DNA of 64,000 nt from assembly GCA_043812915.1 (NCBI GenBank), contig JBDRLQ010000007.1, forward strand, positions 1-64,000, read 5' to 3'. The translations under genes and the position numbers were made by a program. How positions within the stretch are numbered: position 1 is the first letter of the stretch; the number at the start of each line of letters is the position of its first letter. Source of the stretch: Candidatus Micrarchaeota archaeon. Lineage in GTDB: Archaea; Micrarchaeota; Micrarchaeia; Anstonellales; Bilamarchaeaceae. Shown here piece by piece: positions 45,398 through 57,079 of this stretch. The notes beneath the pieces are model-generated. The model did no database searches, was not told where the DNA came from, and was given only the letters and a program-made list of their open reading frames with translations.

Positions 45398-46675
45398 ATG
45401 CTAGACATTCGGCTCCTTCGGGACAACCAGGACATCATCCTCAATTCACTTCGGGACAGGCAGTCCCCTAAAGAGACCCTCAAGCTCATAGAGCAGATTG
45501 GGGGGAAGGACCGGCAGTGGAGAAAGATAAAATTCGAGGAAGAGGAGCTCCGCGCGGAGCGCAACAAATTGAGCGCTGCGATAAACGAGAAGAAGAAGGC
45601 CAAGAAGGACGCCTCAAAGGAGATTGCGCGCTCGGGCGAGGTCGCCAAGAGAATCAAGGAAATCTCCCAGGAGACCGAGATGATAGAGCTTGGCATAAAG
45701 GAGCACATGCTGGGGATACCCAACATACCCGACAAGTCAGTTCCCAAGGGGAAGGACGAAAGGGAGAATAAGGAAATCAGGAAATGGGGGAAGCCTGAGA
45801 AGGATGGGAAGGACGTTTTATCACACTATGAGATATCCAAGCAGTGCGATCTCATCGACCATGAGAGGGGCGTGAAGCTTGCTGGCCACAGGTTCTCGGT
45901 GCTCAAGGGCCCGATGGCAAGGCTTGAGCGCGCACTGACCAATTTCATGCTCTCTGTGCAGACACAGCAGGGGTATACAGAAATAGCGCCTCCGTACCTG
46001 GTCAACACCAAGACGATTACAGGCACCGGCCAGTTGCCGAAGTTCGCCGATGACCAGTACAAGATTGAGGGCGAGGATTTATGGCTGATACCGACAGCCG
46101 AAGTGCCGCTAACCAACCTCTATGCCGACGAGGTGCTCAATGAAAAGGACCTTCCGGTGAAGGTGACTGCCTACACCCCCTGCTTCAGGAGGGAGGCCGG
46201 GGCGTACGGAAAGGACATCCACGGATTAATCCGGCAGCACCAGTTCGACAAGGTGGAGCTTGTGAAATTCGCGCATCCGGAGAGGAGCTTCGAGGAGCTT
46301 GAAGGGCTGACAAAAGACGCGGAAAGGATTCTCCAGCTCTTGGAAATCCCATACCGGGTCATCGAGCTCTGTACCGGGGACCTTGGTTTCTCAGCCGCCA
46401 AGACATATGATATCGAAGTGTGGATTCCGAGCCAGAACACGTACAGGGAAATCTCATCGTGCTCCAACTGCACGGACTTCCAGGCAAGGAGGGCGAACAT
46501 AAGGTACCTCGCGCCAAGCGGGAAGATGGAATTCGTGCACACCTTAAACGGCAGCGGGCTCGCAGTGGGCAGGACATTGATAGCGGTTCTGGAGAACTGC
46601 CAGGATGATAAAAAAACAGTAAGAATCCCAAAGGTCCTGAGGGACTACATGGGAGAGGCTGAAATCAGGATTTGA
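45398..46675 (+). CDS. serS: Seryl-tRNA synthetase (type 1)
   Basis: PTAEVP, FRREAG, RQHQF.KVE, EISSCS, HTLNGSG. Confidence 0.97.
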   Translation: MLDIRLLRDNQDIILNSLRDRQSPKETLKLIEQIGGKDRQWRKIKFEEEELRAERNKLSAAINEKKKAKKDASKEIARSGEVAKRIKEISQETEMIELGIKEHMLGIPNIPDKSVPKGKDERENKEIRKWGKPEKDGKDVLSHYEISKQCDLIDHERGVKLAGHRFSVLKGPMARLERALTNFMLSVQTQQGYTEIAPPYLVNTKTITGTGQLPKFADDQYKIEGEDLWLIPTAEVPLTNLYADEVLNEKDLPVKVTAYTPCFRREAGAYGKDIHGLIRQHQFDKVELVKFAHPERSFEELEGLTKDAERILQLLEIPYRVIELCTGDLGFSAAKTYDIEVWIPSQNTYREISSCSNCTDFQARRANIRYLAPSGKMEFVHTLNGSGLAVGRTLIAVLENCQDDKKTVRIPKVLRDYMGEAEIRI

Positions 46676-48203
46676 CTGTTGCGGGAGCGGCCGTCCATGA
46701 AGTCCTTGGCCCTTTCTGATCCTTTTTCGCGCGCCTGTTCATCTTGCCGACTGCTATGGCGGTGGTCATGTTACGCGCGAAGTCGTACACCCCCACAACG
46801 TTAGTGCGGGCCCTGATTCCTTGAAATGGTTTCAGGGTTTTCAGCCTATCCCAGTCAGTCTCGAATCCGGCCAGCTCCAGGCTCCTTTGTTTCTGCTCAA
46901 CAGTCTCCAGCGCCTCTAGGAAGAACATCTCCGGAACACTCTTCCCGTCTTTCCTCAGTTCGGCAAGCTCATTCTTTTTCTCTGCGGAGAATCTCCTTAT
47001 GTCACCGATGACGCTCTCGGGGAGCCCAAGCTGCACCACCCTCTCATTAAAGCTCATCCCATCCGGCCTGCACGCAATCAGTTCGGCAGCGGCGGCTATC
47101 TTTGCGTCTTTTGCTGGCATGCCATTGAGTATGATAAGCTCAGACATCCGATGCTGCATCCTCTCTTGGACAGAAGTTTTTACCTGGACTTCGTTTTCTC
47201 CCCTCAGGGCCTCCAGTTGCCGGCCTATCTCGCATATGTATCCCCTGAAGATGGAGTTGGCGTTGCGCTCTTCCTTCGGAAGCTCGGCTTCAAGCCTTTC
47301 AACATCACCTTTTTTCACCCCGAATTTGTCCATGAACTCGCCAACCAGGTGGGCGCTTCCATTGAGCTTCTCAAGGAGCGGAACCACGAACGCAGGGTGC
47401 TGGCAGATGCTCATGTGCCAGTCGCCGAAAGCAAGAACACCATCCTTTGCCATCTTGTTGCGTATGCGCAGCAGGTATCCCGGGAATGAGTTATGGTGGA
47501 AAACCGCGTTTGACACCACAATGTCCAGGACATTTGGAGCCAGGAATGGAAGATGCATCGAGTCGCTCGATGTGATGACCTGGGAGCAGAGCCTCCTGAT
47601 TTTATTGTTGATTGGGTGGTCTCCGAGGTTCTGCGATATGTCCCTCACCCTTTCCGGGGAAAGCTCCAGCATGTAGAAATTGCATCTTTCGGCCAGATGC
47701 TCCCTGCCATCCATCTCGTTCAGTATGGCAAGGCTGGTAGCCCCGGTCCCTGCGCCGATGTCACAGAGCGTGAAAATCCGCCCAGGCTCATTCTCATGCA
47801 TCGCGTCCAGGATATCCACGACCATTCCGGCTATCACGCCGTTGAGGAGCTCGTTACCGTCCCTGAGGCCGACCCTTGTTGTGGCCTTGCTGATTATACG
47901 ATTGTTCGTCTGGTCGCTTGTGAGCCACTCCCTCAGGATGGACTCCTCCGCCTTTTCCATGAGCCATTCGACATTCTGCGGGGTGACTCCTACGGTCCAT
48001 GAGTGGAGCGCGTGCCAGACCACTCTTGCTATGCTGCCTGGCGGCATGGTCAGCTCATGCCCGATATCCGCAAGGAACCTGTCAAGCTCCTCCAGCTCGC
48101 CGATTGAGGTTCGCAGCCGCATATCAGGATGCGTCTCATAGCCGCTGCTGGCAAGTATTCGAAGGAACGAATCGATATCTGCCTGTCTGTTAACTGGCTG
48201 CAT
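46665..48203 (-). CDS. Divergent class I SAM-dependent methyltransferase with helical insertion
   Basis: DIGAGTG motif I, LE.S, DIVVSNAVFHH, DGVLAFGDW. Confidence 0.8.
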   Translation of the reverse strand: MQPVNRQADIDSFLRILASSGYETHPDMRLRTSIGELEELDRFLADIGHELTMPPGSIARVVWHALHSWTVGVTPQNVEWLMEKAEESILREWLTSDQTNNRIISKATTRVGLRDGNELLNGVIAGMVVDILDAMHENEPGRIFTLCDIGAGTGATSLAILNEMDGREHLAERCNFYMLELSPERVRDISQNLGDHPINNKIRRLCSQVITSSDSMHLPFLAPNVLDIVVSNAVFHHNSFPGYLLRIRNKMAKDGVLAFGDWHMSICQHPAFVVPLLEKLNGSAHLVGEFMDKFGVKKGDVERLEAELPKEERNANSIFRGYICEIGRQLEALRGENEVQVKTSVQERMQHRMSELIILNGMPAKDAKIAAAAELIACRPDGMSFNERVVQLGLPESVIGDIRRFSAEKKNELAELRKDGKSVPEMFFLEALETVEQKQRSLELAGFETDWDRLKTLKPFQGIRARTNVVGVYDFARNMTTAIAVGKMNRRAKKDQKGPRTSWTAAPATVKS

Positions 48204-48207
48204 TTTC

Positions 48208-49359
48208 CTACCTCTGCCTCCTGGGTTTCATTGATGTTAGCACTACTGCGAAGTTGGAGTTTGCAATCTCCCTTCTGGGCCCAATAGGAAGCCTCGCCCC
48301 TGGGAATACCCGGGCGATTTCTTGCATGTCAACTTCGAATCCGGCCTCTTTCATCTGGCACATCCTTTCCAGTACCGTTACGTGGCCACCCAGGAAATAT
48401 CTCCTGATTTTCGGCGCTCCAGGCCTTTTCATCTTCTTTCCTATCTCATTCCAGTATCCAAGATGCTGAACTGTTGCCATCTGCTCCGAAGTGATGCCGC
48501 TTGGGTTGCTGCCCGAAGGCAGCCGCTTCTCTTCCGCATCCGTAATCCCGAAGAACCTCCTATACTCCAGGCATCGCCTCTCATTCGCCTGCAGGTTCCT
48601 GAGCATCAGCAGCCCGTATTCCGGGTCGCTCCAGGCGTCCGAGAACCAATCGGCGTCGATGACCAGGCCGCCGGGCTTGAGAACGCGATTGAGTTCCCTC
48701 ATATAGTCAGGAAATGGATTATGGTGCCCTGAAGAGAGCATTACCAGCAGGTCGATTGATTCATCCGGCACTTTCGCGATGAGCCCTTCACAGTCCACGT
48801 CCCTGTCTTTGCTGGTCCCGGTTATCGTCGATATGTTCAACTTCTGGAATCCCAGGCTGGTGTTCGCAATGCCAGCCCTCATTGAAGATGGTTCGATAAG
48901 GTGGAAAGTTGTCCTCTCCAGAATCCCGCGCCCGTCATGCGGAAAGCTGATTTTCCCAGCGACAGAGCTCGTTGCCTTGCCGTCCCTGGCTCCAAAATCA
49001 AGGATATCGAATCTCCTCTTTCCATCATCAAGGAACCGGACAACGCCATCAACTATTTTGCCAACCGTGTACGCCATTCTCGCTTCCGCGGTTTGCCGAA
49101 TCTCTGTCGAGAGGATCTCATCCACGTCTGTCGGATCGACCCTCTCAAGCTCGCGGTCATCCTTTCTTCCGAAATAGCGCCCCCTCTCCTTTATGGCTTC
49201 CCGGTTTTCGGGGGTTATTCCGATGCCCCACCTGTGCATCTTCAGGCAGCTGATTTTTGTCAGGCTGCCCGGGACAAGCCTGACTGGGAGGCCCTTGGTA
49301 ATCTCCCAGAACTCCTCGTCTCGTTCCGTAATCTCATTTATTGAAGTAGCGTTTTTCAT
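48208..49359 (-). CDS. Divergent class I methyltransferase, tandem paralog of 46665-48203
   Basis: DFGARDG, IEPS, DLLVMLSSGHH, LKPGG..ADW; shared W.(V/I)G(V/I)TP.N.E N-terminal motif. Confidence 0.8.
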   Translation of the reverse strand: MKNATSINEITERDEEFWEITKGLPVRLVPGSLTKISCLKMHRWGIGITPENREAIKERGRYFGRKDDRELERVDPTDVDEILSTEIRQTAEARMAYTVGKIVDGVVRFLDDGKRRFDILDFGARDGKATSSVAGKISFPHDGRGILERTTFHLIEPSSMRAGIANTSLGFQKLNISTITGTSKDRDVDCEGLIAKVPDESIDLLVMLSSGHHNPFPDYMRELNRVLKPGGLVIDADWFSDAWSDPEYGLLMLRNLQANERRCLEYRRFFGITDAEEKRLPSGSNPSGITSEQMATVQHLGYWNEIGKKMKRPGAPKIRRYFLGGHVTVLERMCQMKEAGFEVDMQEIARVFPGARLPIGPRREIANSNFAVVLTSMKPRRQR

Positions 49360-49444
49360 GAATACACCTATCCGCCTAAACCATATACTTATAATAACAA
49401 ACATTTTAAAATGGTGTGTGAAATCATCGGAAAATGTAAAAATT

Positions 49445-50137
49445 ATGTGCAAAAGCAGCGATGGCAAAATCTCCTTCTATACCGACGGCAGTTTCATATA
49501 CGCGGATAAGGATGGCGAGACCTTCCGCCTTGCGCTATTCGACAACGGATTCTACAGGCTCAGGCTCTGGAACGATGTCCCAATCCTGGAAGTTGACGGC
49601 CTGAGGATGCACCTTGTCAAGGACTTTGCCAGTCCCTTTGATTACTCGAAGGAGGTCGCATCCGCGCTCAAGGTGAAATCAGGGGATAATGTCCTGGATA
49701 CCTGCATGGGACTTGGCTACACTTCGATGGCCGCCGGAAAGAAGGTGAAAGCAGTCACCACCTGCGAATACAGCGACGCTGTCTACACCCTTGCCAGCTG
49801 GAACCCATTCAGCGAAGAGTTATTTTCAGACAAGAAGTATACAATCCTGAGGGGCGACATATTCGAGAAGATAAAGGAGCTTCCGGACGATTCCTTCGAT
49901 GTAATAATACACGATCCGCCAAGGTTCTCCAAGGCAGGCAATCTATATTCAGAGGAATTCTACAGGGAGCTCTGGAGGGTGGCCGCCCCCGGCGCCAGGC
50001 TATACCATTATGTCGGCACAGTCGGGAAAAGGACTGGCAGGAAGATAGAGCAGGAAGTGGAGAAAAGGCTGAAAATGGCAGAATTCAAGAAAATTAAATA
50101 CAACAGGAGGCTTCAGGGCCTCCTGTTCGAATTATAA
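49445..50137 (+). CDS. COG2521-type archaeal methyltransferase
   Basis: LEVDGLRMH, VLDTCMGLGYT, NPFS, IHDPPRF, HYVG; start uncertain. Confidence 0.88.
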   Translation: MCKSSDGKISFYTDGSFIYADKDGETFRLALFDNGFYRLRLWNDVPILEVDGLRMHLVKDFASPFDYSKEVASALKVKSGDNVLDTCMGLGYTSMAAGKKVKAVTTCEYSDAVYTLASWNPFSEELFSDKKYTILRGDIFEKIKELPDDSFDVIIHDPPRFSKAGNLYSEEFYRELWRVAAPGARLYHYVGTVGKRTGRKIEQEVEKRLKMAEFKKIKYNRRLQGLLFEL

Positions 50138-50148
50138 AAAGAAAAAAT

Positions 50149-52341
50149 TCACTCCATGAAGAACTGCGGAGTGGGCGGCTCTGGCCTCTCGCCTTTCCTT
50201 TCGCGAATCTGGGCGACCACTTTGGGGACGATGTCCCTTGGGACCGGCCAGTACCCGGCATATTCCTGGTACCAGATTGCCCTTCCCTGGGTAACTCCGC
50301 GCAGGTCGTTCGCGAATCCGAACATCTCGCCAACAGGGAGGAGCGTTGTGATGACTGCGTTCTCCCCCTCCTGCTCCATGCCCTCAAGCTGGCCTCTCCT
50401 TCCGTTGGTGAGCGTAATAACGTCACCGGAGTACTCCTGCAGGGTGTTGATGAGCACTTTCTGCCTCGGCTCAATGAGCGTCACCCCTCCTGTTAGCAAG
50501 GCGGCATAAATCGGCCTTCTCACAGCGGGCAGCATCTGCGCGGGCCCCCTGTGGATGTTGTCCTCGTGCAGAGTGGCATCGACAAGGGTGACCTTCACCC
50601 CTGTCATCTTCTCCTTTGCCAGCGGGCCTGCGTTCAGGCACTCCTCGAATCCCTGAATCATCAGCTCCTCGACTTCATTGAGGTACTGGATGCCCTTGGT
50701 CGCGTTCACGAAGATGCTGGAGTTGTAAATGTCGTAAATCTTCCTGGCCTCGTCACGGTCCATGCCGAGCTCGACAAGCTTTTCCCACACCTCTCTTCCC
50801 TTTGGCCTTCCAGCGGGAATATCTCCGCTGTCCAGTGCTTTCTTGAGCTCATCGCTCAGAGGCTCCACAGTGAACTTGAGCTTGTTGTGCTTGTTCGGCG
50901 ACTTGCCCTCAATCGGGCCTGCAGGGCCGATAAGGGCCTCCTGGTACACGACAATCGGAGGAGAAGTGATAATCGGAATCTTCTTCTCGTTCTTTATCTT
51001 GTACTCGATGATTTCCAGGTGCAGCTCGCCGTTTCCGGATACCAGGTGCTCACCTGTCTCCTGGTTGAGGTGGACCTTGATTGTCGGATCCTCCTTCGAG
51101 ATGCTCCTCAAAGCCTCGATGAGTTTCGGCAGGTCCTTCTGCTCCTTCACTTCAATCGACTTGGTGATGACCGGCTCTGAGTAGTGCTTTATTGACTCGA
51201 ACGGCTCAATCGGGTCTGTTGAAAGCGTCTCACCGACATATACGTCCTTCAGGCCGACTATTGCTCCGATGTTGCCCGCGCTTACCCGTTCTGCCTGAAC
51301 CCTGTCCGGGCCCATGAAGATACCGACCTGCTGTGCCTTTGCCTTGATTTTCTTGGAAGCGATATAGAGCTCGGTGCTCTTCTGGACAGTCCCGGAGAAC
51401 ATGCGGACGACTGCGACTTCTCCAGCATGCTCGTCATAGACCACACCGAAGCAGACACCGACCGCCTTTCCATTCTTGTCACATGCCCTCATGCTCTTTC
51501 CTTCTTCCGACTCCTGGTCCCCGTTCTTCCAGAGCACTTCGGTCCTGTACTGCTGCGCGTTCTTTGGAGAGGGCAGGTGCGTGATAATCATCTCGAGCAG
51601 CACCTCGTCAAGGGGGCTCCTCTCCACAAGCCACTTGTGGTCTTCCGCCGCGCACCGGTCGTAAATCTCCTTGAACGATATGTTGAACTTGGTCATGGAC
51701 TTGACCGAAATGGCCCACTTGTGGTAGGCGGTACCAAAGGCGACGTTGCCCTTGGCCACCCCGATTGCCCATTCCTCTGCCTTTTCCTTAGGCGCGTTCG
51801 CGCGGATAATCTTATTGACCTGGTTGATTACCTTGACGAATCTCTCCTGCATGGCGGTCGCGTCAAGCTTCATCTCATTAATCAGCCGGTCCACCTTGTT
51901 GATGAAGATGACTGGTTTTGCCCTCTCCTTCAGAGCCTGCCTAAGATTGGTCTCTGTCTGGGGCATAACTCCCTCGACAGCGTCCACAACGAGGCAGACG
52001 CCGTCAACCGCGCGCATGGCGCGCACCACGTGGAAACCGAAGTCCACGTGCCCTGGAGTGTCAATCAGGTTAATAAGGTAGTCCTTGCCCTCATGCTTGA
52101 ATCCAAGCGAGATGTTCGCGGACTTGATTGTGATTCCTCTCTGCTGCTCCTGTTCGTCGAAGTCGGTCCATCTCTGGGCTCCTGCGAGCTCCTTCGAGAT
52201 CAGTCCTGCCCTTGCGACGAGGGAGTCTGTCATCGTGGTCTTACCATGGTCAACGTGCGCTACGATAGCCACGTTACGGACAAAATCCGTGTTGTCCATC
52301 AGCTTCTGCACTTCCTCAACTACAGCTTCCTTTCTAGCCAT
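50149..52341 (-). CDS. fusA: Translation elongation factor EF-2
   Basis: AHVDHGKTT, RGITI, DTPGH, NKVD, LHED..HRGPAQ diphthamide loop. Confidence 0.98.
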   Translation of the reverse strand: MARKEAVVEEVQKLMDNTDFVRNVAIVAHVDHGKTTMTDSLVARAGLISKELAGAQRWTDFDEQEQQRGITIKSANISLGFKHEGKDYLINLIDTPGHVDFGFHVVRAMRAVDGVCLVVDAVEGVMPQTETNLRQALKERAKPVIFINKVDRLINEMKLDATAMQERFVKVINQVNKIIRANAPKEKAEEWAIGVAKGNVAFGTAYHKWAISVKSMTKFNISFKEIYDRCAAEDHKWLVERSPLDEVLLEMIITHLPSPKNAQQYRTEVLWKNGDQESEEGKSMRACDKNGKAVGVCFGVVYDEHAGEVAVVRMFSGTVQKSTELYIASKKIKAKAQQVGIFMGPDRVQAERVSAGNIGAIVGLKDVYVGETLSTDPIEPFESIKHYSEPVITKSIEVKEQKDLPKLIEALRSISKEDPTIKVHLNQETGEHLVSGNGELHLEIIEYKIKNEKKIPIITSPPIVVYQEALIGPAGPIEGKSPNKHNKLKFTVEPLSDELKKALDSGDIPAGRPKGREVWEKLVELGMDRDEARKIYDIYNSSIFVNATKGIQYLNEVEELMIQGFEECLNAGPLAKEKMTGVKVTLVDATLHEDNIHRGPAQMLPAVRRPIYAALLTGGVTLIEPRQKVLINTLQEYSGDVITLTNGRRGQLEGMEQEGENAVITTLLPVGEMFGFANDLRGVTQGRAIWYQEYAGYWPVPRDIVPKVVAQIRERKGERPEPPTPQFFME

Positions 52342-52443
52342 AAATTTCACCGAATAAAGAGACGTAAAACTCTTCCTCTTAGCTTCCAATTTGGAGAGAA
52401 ACTAATATAAAGATATGGCGGCGGATTACCGCCCTAAAATCCA

Positions 52444-53685
52444 CTATGCGGCCTGCATAATGCCCTCTGGCGCCTGGCCCGGGGCTCCCCGGTATATCAG
52501 GGAGGCATTCAACAAAATCCTGCCATTCCAGCGGGGGTTCCTGAGCGTGCTTCCGATTTCCCTGAGGCCTGCCGCGATCTCATACGCTTCCCGGTGCATC
52601 CCATCTCGGTAGAGCTCAAGCGCGGTCTTGAGTATCCATTCCTCCTGGGCGAGCACTATGCCATTGAACCTGTCGTCCTGGGCGCACATCTGCCTTGCAT
52701 TATCAAGGGTCTCAAGAACCGCCACGAACCCGTTATCCAGCATCCTCTTCCGGTCGCCGGTCATCTCAAACAGGCTGGCAGCTTCCCTGTGCTTGCCCGA
52801 CATCGCAGCCGCCTCGGCTATCTCATGCACTTCGACTGCCATGTTGAAACCAAGCAGATGCTCTCCGGCCTCAAGGAATCTACCTCCCCTCAGCATTTCC
52901 GAAGCGCTTTCCATAGCCTCCGCCTTCCTGCATTTCGCCTCTGCCCCGCAGAGCCTGATTAGCCCATAGAGCTCTGCCGCAAGGCCAAACCTCTCGGCCC
53001 CCTCGCAGATTTCAGCCAGCTGGAACACGTGATGCTTCTTCCTCTGGAATCTCATCTCCCTTGCATATTCTAGTATTTCCTCATCCTTGAAGTCTGCCAG
53101 CAGCTTTGGGTTGGGCTGCTTGTACATCTCATTGTATTTCACAACCCCCCGAAGGCCAGAGTTCCACCTGACGACGTTCACCGCCATTTCGTGGTTCCCT
53201 TCGGATTGGAGCCTGTCCACCAGGCCGAAGAATGCATCCTCGTTCCTGGTTAACATATAGACGTTTGCAGCATCCCTGGAATTCCCACGCTGCTCGAAAT
53301 CGAATCCGACCATGGCCGCTTCCTGCACCCAGCCCATCTCAATGAATATCGCGACTGCCTGCAAATCCAGCATGTCGGCTTCTAAGGGGTCCATATTCGT
53401 GCCATCCTCGCGAATAAGGGCGGCCTGCTTCCTAAGTTCGAGCGCCTCCACCTTCATCTTCCTGTAATCCTCTGCGCGCTCCCCGCCTCCATTGCGCGTT
53501 GGCAAAGACCAGAGGCCAGAATCCAGATTCACCCTCTGCTTGCTAACCTGCGGCCTGCTTATCCTGTCTGGCTCCGGCTTCCTCCTGAAGACTGAGGCTA
53601 CTGCGCTAATCATGCCCTTGATTGTGATGGGTGTTGTGAGTATCTCCTTTGCTTTCTGCATCCTGGTTCTCTGGATTGTCTGCAT
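52444..53685 (-). CDS. Hypothetical alpha-helical repeat (TPR/SNAP-like) protein
   Basis: Repeated (E/D)AA..(F/Y) helices; AGGTGA RBS. Confidence 0.7.
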   Translation of the reverse strand: MQTIQRTRMQKAKEILTTPITIKGMISAVASVFRRKPEPDRISRPQVSKQRVNLDSGLWSLPTRNGGGERAEDYRKMKVEALELRKQAALIREDGTNMDPLEADMLDLQAVAIFIEMGWVQEAAMVGFDFEQRGNSRDAANVYMLTRNEDAFFGLVDRLQSEGNHEMAVNVVRWNSGLRGVVKYNEMYKQPNPKLLADFKDEEILEYAREMRFQRKKHHVFQLAEICEGAERFGLAAELYGLIRLCGAEAKCRKAEAMESASEMLRGGRFLEAGEHLLGFNMAVEVHEIAEAAAMSGKHREAASLFEMTGDRKRMLDNGFVAVLETLDNARQMCAQDDRFNGIVLAQEEWILKTALELYRDGMHREAYEIAAGLREIGSTLRNPRWNGRILLNASLIYRGAPGQAPEGIMQAA

Positions 53686-53900
53686 GTGGTCACCTGTAAC
53701 TTTTCCGGGTGATTACAATAATTGCATTGTTTAAATATTTTTCGCCCGGCCCGGAACCCCCAACCGGTTCATCTGAAAGCAAAAAACCCTACGCTTTTTG
53801 CCGAAGTGGGGTTAAACTAATGTCATGTTTTTAAACCCTATCCATAAACTTATCCTCAAACTTTTTCCAATGAAAAAACCATGCAGAAAGAGTGGTATCA

Positions 53901-55814
53901 ATGGCGTCAGTAACTGAAAAAATACTGAAGGAACATATTGTGGAAGGGGAATGGAAGACGGGAGAGGAAATAGGAATCAAAATAGACCAGACCCTCACCC
54001 AGGATGCGACAGGAACGATGGCGTACCTCGAATTCGAGGCGATGGGCAAGCCCAAGGTGGATACCGAGCTGTCAGTTTCCTATGTCGACCACAATATGCT
54101 GCAGACCGACTTCAAGAACGCGGATGACCATGATTATCTGAAAACGGTCGCGGCCAAATACGGCGTATTATATTCAAGGGCGGGAAACGGGATCTGCCAC
54201 CAGGTGCACCTTGAGAGGTTCGCCAGGCCCGGAAAGACCCTGCTCGGCTCCGACTCGCACACCCCGACGGCAGGGGGCATGGGCGAAATCGCGATAGGTG
54301 CGGGGGGCCTTGATGTCGCTGTCGCAATGGGCGGGGGGAGATTCTATCTTAATACCCCCAAAGTAGTCGGGGTGAAACTCAGCGGAAAGCTCAGGCCATG
54401 GGTTTCCGCCAAGGATGTGATACTTGAGATGCTCAGGAGGCTTGATGTCAAGGGCGGAGTGGGGAAGGTCTTCGAATACTTCGGCCCGGGCGCCGAGACC
54501 CTGAGTGTCCCTGAGCGGGCGACCATCACCAACATGGGTGCGGAGCTGGGCGCCACAACCTCAATTTTCCCATCGGATGCTATCACAAAGAGATACCTGG
54601 AGAGCCAGGATAGGGGCGGCCAGTTCGTTGAGATCAAAGGAGATTCCGAATCTGATTATGACGAGATTATCGAACTTGATTTGGGCGCTGTGGAGCCCCT
54701 CGTCTCGAAGCCCTCCAGCCCTGGCAATGTGGGCACGGTAAAGGAGATGGAAGGCACTAAGGTGAACCAGGTTATTGTGGGCTCATGCACGAACTCTTCA
54801 TTCCGCGACCTGATGATTGTCGCCAAAGTCCTCAAGGGAAAGAAGGTGCACAAGGACGTCTCCTTCTGTGTCCTGCCAGGCTCAAGGCAGGTATACTCGA
54901 TGATTGCGAGGAACGGCGCTCTTGCTGACCTTATCGCCTCCGGGGCAAGAATTCTGGAATCGGCATGCGGGCCGTGCATCGGCATGGGGCAGGCCCCAAG
55001 GAGCGGGGGCGTAACTGTCCGCACGTTCAATCGGAACTTCAAGGGGCGCTGCGGCACGAAGGACGCTGATGCGTACCTCTGCAGCCCTGAGACTGCGGCC
55101 GCAATAGCGATAAACGGGGAATTCACCTCGCCTGACAAGCTCGGGCAGTTCCCGGTTATAGATGATGAGATGCCCGTGATTGACGATTCAATGATTGTGA
55201 AGCCGCCTGAAGATGGCTCGTCGGTTGAAATCAAGAGGGGCCCGAACATCAAGCCGCTCCCGGAGATGAAGGCTCTGGAGGATGAGATTTCCAGGGAAGT
55301 GCTGATAAAGGTCGGGGACAACATAACAACAGACCACATCATGCCCGCTGGCGCGCAGATACTTCCTCTAAGAAGCAACATCCCGGCGATCTCCGAGTTC
55401 GTGTTCTCACAGGTGGACAAGGAGTTCCCGGCGAGGGCGAAGGAGAAGAACGGCGGCTTCATAATCGGAGGGGAGAACTATGGCCAGGGTTCCAGCCGTG
55501 AGCACGCGGCAATCGCCCCACTATATCTTGGGGTAAAGGCGGTCATCGCAAAGAACTGGGCAAGAATACACAAGAGCAACCTTGTGAATTTCGGCATCGT
55601 CCCGCTCGATTTCGAGAATCCAGCCGACTACGACAGGATAGAGCAGGGGGATGTCCTTGAGATAAAGGGCCTTCGGGACGGGGTGAAGAATGGCCGAGTC
55701 ACGATAAAGGATGTCACAAAGGGCTTCGAGTTCAAGGCAAAGACCGAACTGTCCGAAAGGGCCGCTAACGTGCTGCTCGAAGGCGGAACGATTAATTTCA
55801 CAAAGAAAAAGTAA
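53901..55814 (+). CDS. Aconitate hydratase
   Basis: [48 protein letters not shown]. Confidence 0.95.
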   Translation: MASVTEKILKEHIVEGEWKTGEEIGIKIDQTLTQDATGTMAYLEFEAMGKPKVDTELSVSYVDHNMLQTDFKNADDHDYLKTVAAKYGVLYSRAGNGICHQVHLERFARPGKTLLGSDSHTPTAGGMGEIAIGAGGLDVAVAMGGGRFYLNTPKVVGVKLSGKLRPWVSAKDVILEMLRRLDVKGGVGKVFEYFGPGAETLSVPERATITNMGAELGATTSIFPSDAITKRYLESQDRGGQFVEIKGDSESDYDEIIELDLGAVEPLVSKPSSPGNVGTVKEMEGTKVNQVIVGSCTNSSFRDLMIVAKVLKGKKVHKDVSFCVLPGSRQVYSMIARNGALADLIASGARILESACGPCIGMGQAPRSGGVTVRTFNRNFKGRCGTKDADAYLCSPETAAAIAINGEFTSPDKLGQFPVIDDEMPVIDDSMIVKPPEDGSSVEIKRGPNIKPLPEMKALEDEISREVLIKVGDNITTDHIMPAGAQILPLRSNIPAISEFVFSQVDKEFPARAKEKNGGFIIGGENYGQGSSREHAAIAPLYLGVKAVIAKNWARIHKSNLVNFGIVPLDFENPADYDRIEQGDVLEIKGLRDGVKNGRVTIKDVTKGFEFKAKTELSERAANVLLEGGTINFTKKK

Positions 55815-55833
55815 TGATTTTGCAGGTGAAACT

Positions 55834-57060
55834 ATGGAAGAGAAAGGAGAGAAAATCAGGAAGGAAAATGGAAAGCTCGTTGTCCCGGACACCCCCATCA
55901 TCCCATACATAGAGGGGGATGGGGTGGGTATTGACATTACTCCTGTCATGATTAAGGTAGTCGATGCCGCGGTTGAGAAGGCATATGGCGGAGATAGGAA
56001 AATCGCATGGAAGAAGATTTACGCCGGTCAGGAGGCAAAGGACAAGTTCGACAACTACCTGCCCGATGAAACCATCCAGGCAATCAAGGACCATTTAGTT
56101 GCAATCAAGGGCCCGCTCACAACTCCGGTGGGTGGCGGAATCAGGAGCCTGAATGTTACAATGCGCCAGGTGATGGACCTATATTCTTGCGTGAGGCCGG
56201 TCAAATGGTATGAAGGCACTCCGGCTCCGGTCAAGGAGCCGAACAAGCTCGATGTTGTAGTCTTCAGGGAAAACACTGAGGATGTATACGCCGGAATCGA
56301 ATGGAAGGAAGGAACAGAGGAATGCAAGAAGGTCATCAGCTTCCTGAACAACGAGATGGGGAAGGATGTGCGCCGGGATTCCGGAATCGGTGTGAAGCCT
56401 ATTTCAATTACCGGCACCAAGAGGCTGGTCGCCTCCGCAATCCAGTATGCCATTGACCACAACAGGCGCTCGGTCACCCTCGTCCACAAGGGCAATATCA
56501 TGAAGTTCACCGAAGGTGCTTTCAGGGAATGGGGATATCAGGTGGCCCAGGAGCAGTTCGGGGAGAGGACCGTGACGGAGAAGGAAGTTACTGAGAGCCA
56601 TGGCGGCAAGGTGCCGGATGGTAAAATCCTAATCAATGACAGGATTGCCGATGCCATGTTCCAGCAGGTGCTGCTCAGGCCCGATGAATATGATGTGATT
56701 GCGACCCCCAACCTGAACGGCGACTACATATCCGATGCGTGCGCTGCGCAGGTCGGAGGGCTTGGGATGGCGCCTGGCGCGAACATCAACTATACTACTG
56801 GTGTCGCCCTATTCGAGGCGACTCACGGAACCGCGCCAAAGCACGCCGGCCAGGACAAGGTCAACCCGGGCTCGCTCATCCTATCAGCAACCATGATGCT
56901 CCAGTACCTTGGATGGGAAGAGGCTGCGAAGCTGGTTGAGAAGGGGCTCGCCAAAGCAATCAGCTCAAAGAATGTCACCTATGACCTTGAGAGGCAGATT
57001 GAGGGGGCGAGGCTCCTCAAGTGCTCAGAATTCGGGGATGCGATAATCGGCAACATGTGA
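55834..57060 (+). CDS. icd: Isocitrate dehydrogenase (prokaryotic, likely NADP)
   Basis: [39 protein letters not shown]. Confidence 0.97.
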   Translation: MEEKGEKIRKENGKLVVPDTPIIPYIEGDGVGIDITPVMIKVVDAAVEKAYGGDRKIAWKKIYAGQEAKDKFDNYLPDETIQAIKDHLVAIKGPLTTPVGGGIRSLNVTMRQVMDLYSCVRPVKWYEGTPAPVKEPNKLDVVVFRENTEDVYAGIEWKEGTEECKKVISFLNNEMGKDVRRDSGIGVKPISITGTKRLVASAIQYAIDHNRRSVTLVHKGNIMKFTEGAFREWGYQVAQEQFGERTVTEKEVTESHGGKVPDGKILINDRIADAMFQQVLLRPDEYDVIATPNLNGDYISDACAAQVGGLGMAPGANINYTTGVALFEATHGTAPKHAGQDKVNPGSLILSATMMLQYLGWEEAAKLVEKGLAKAISSKNVTYDLERQIEGARLLKCSEFGDAIIGNM

Positions 57061-57079
57061 AGACAAGGGGAGAAGAGCT

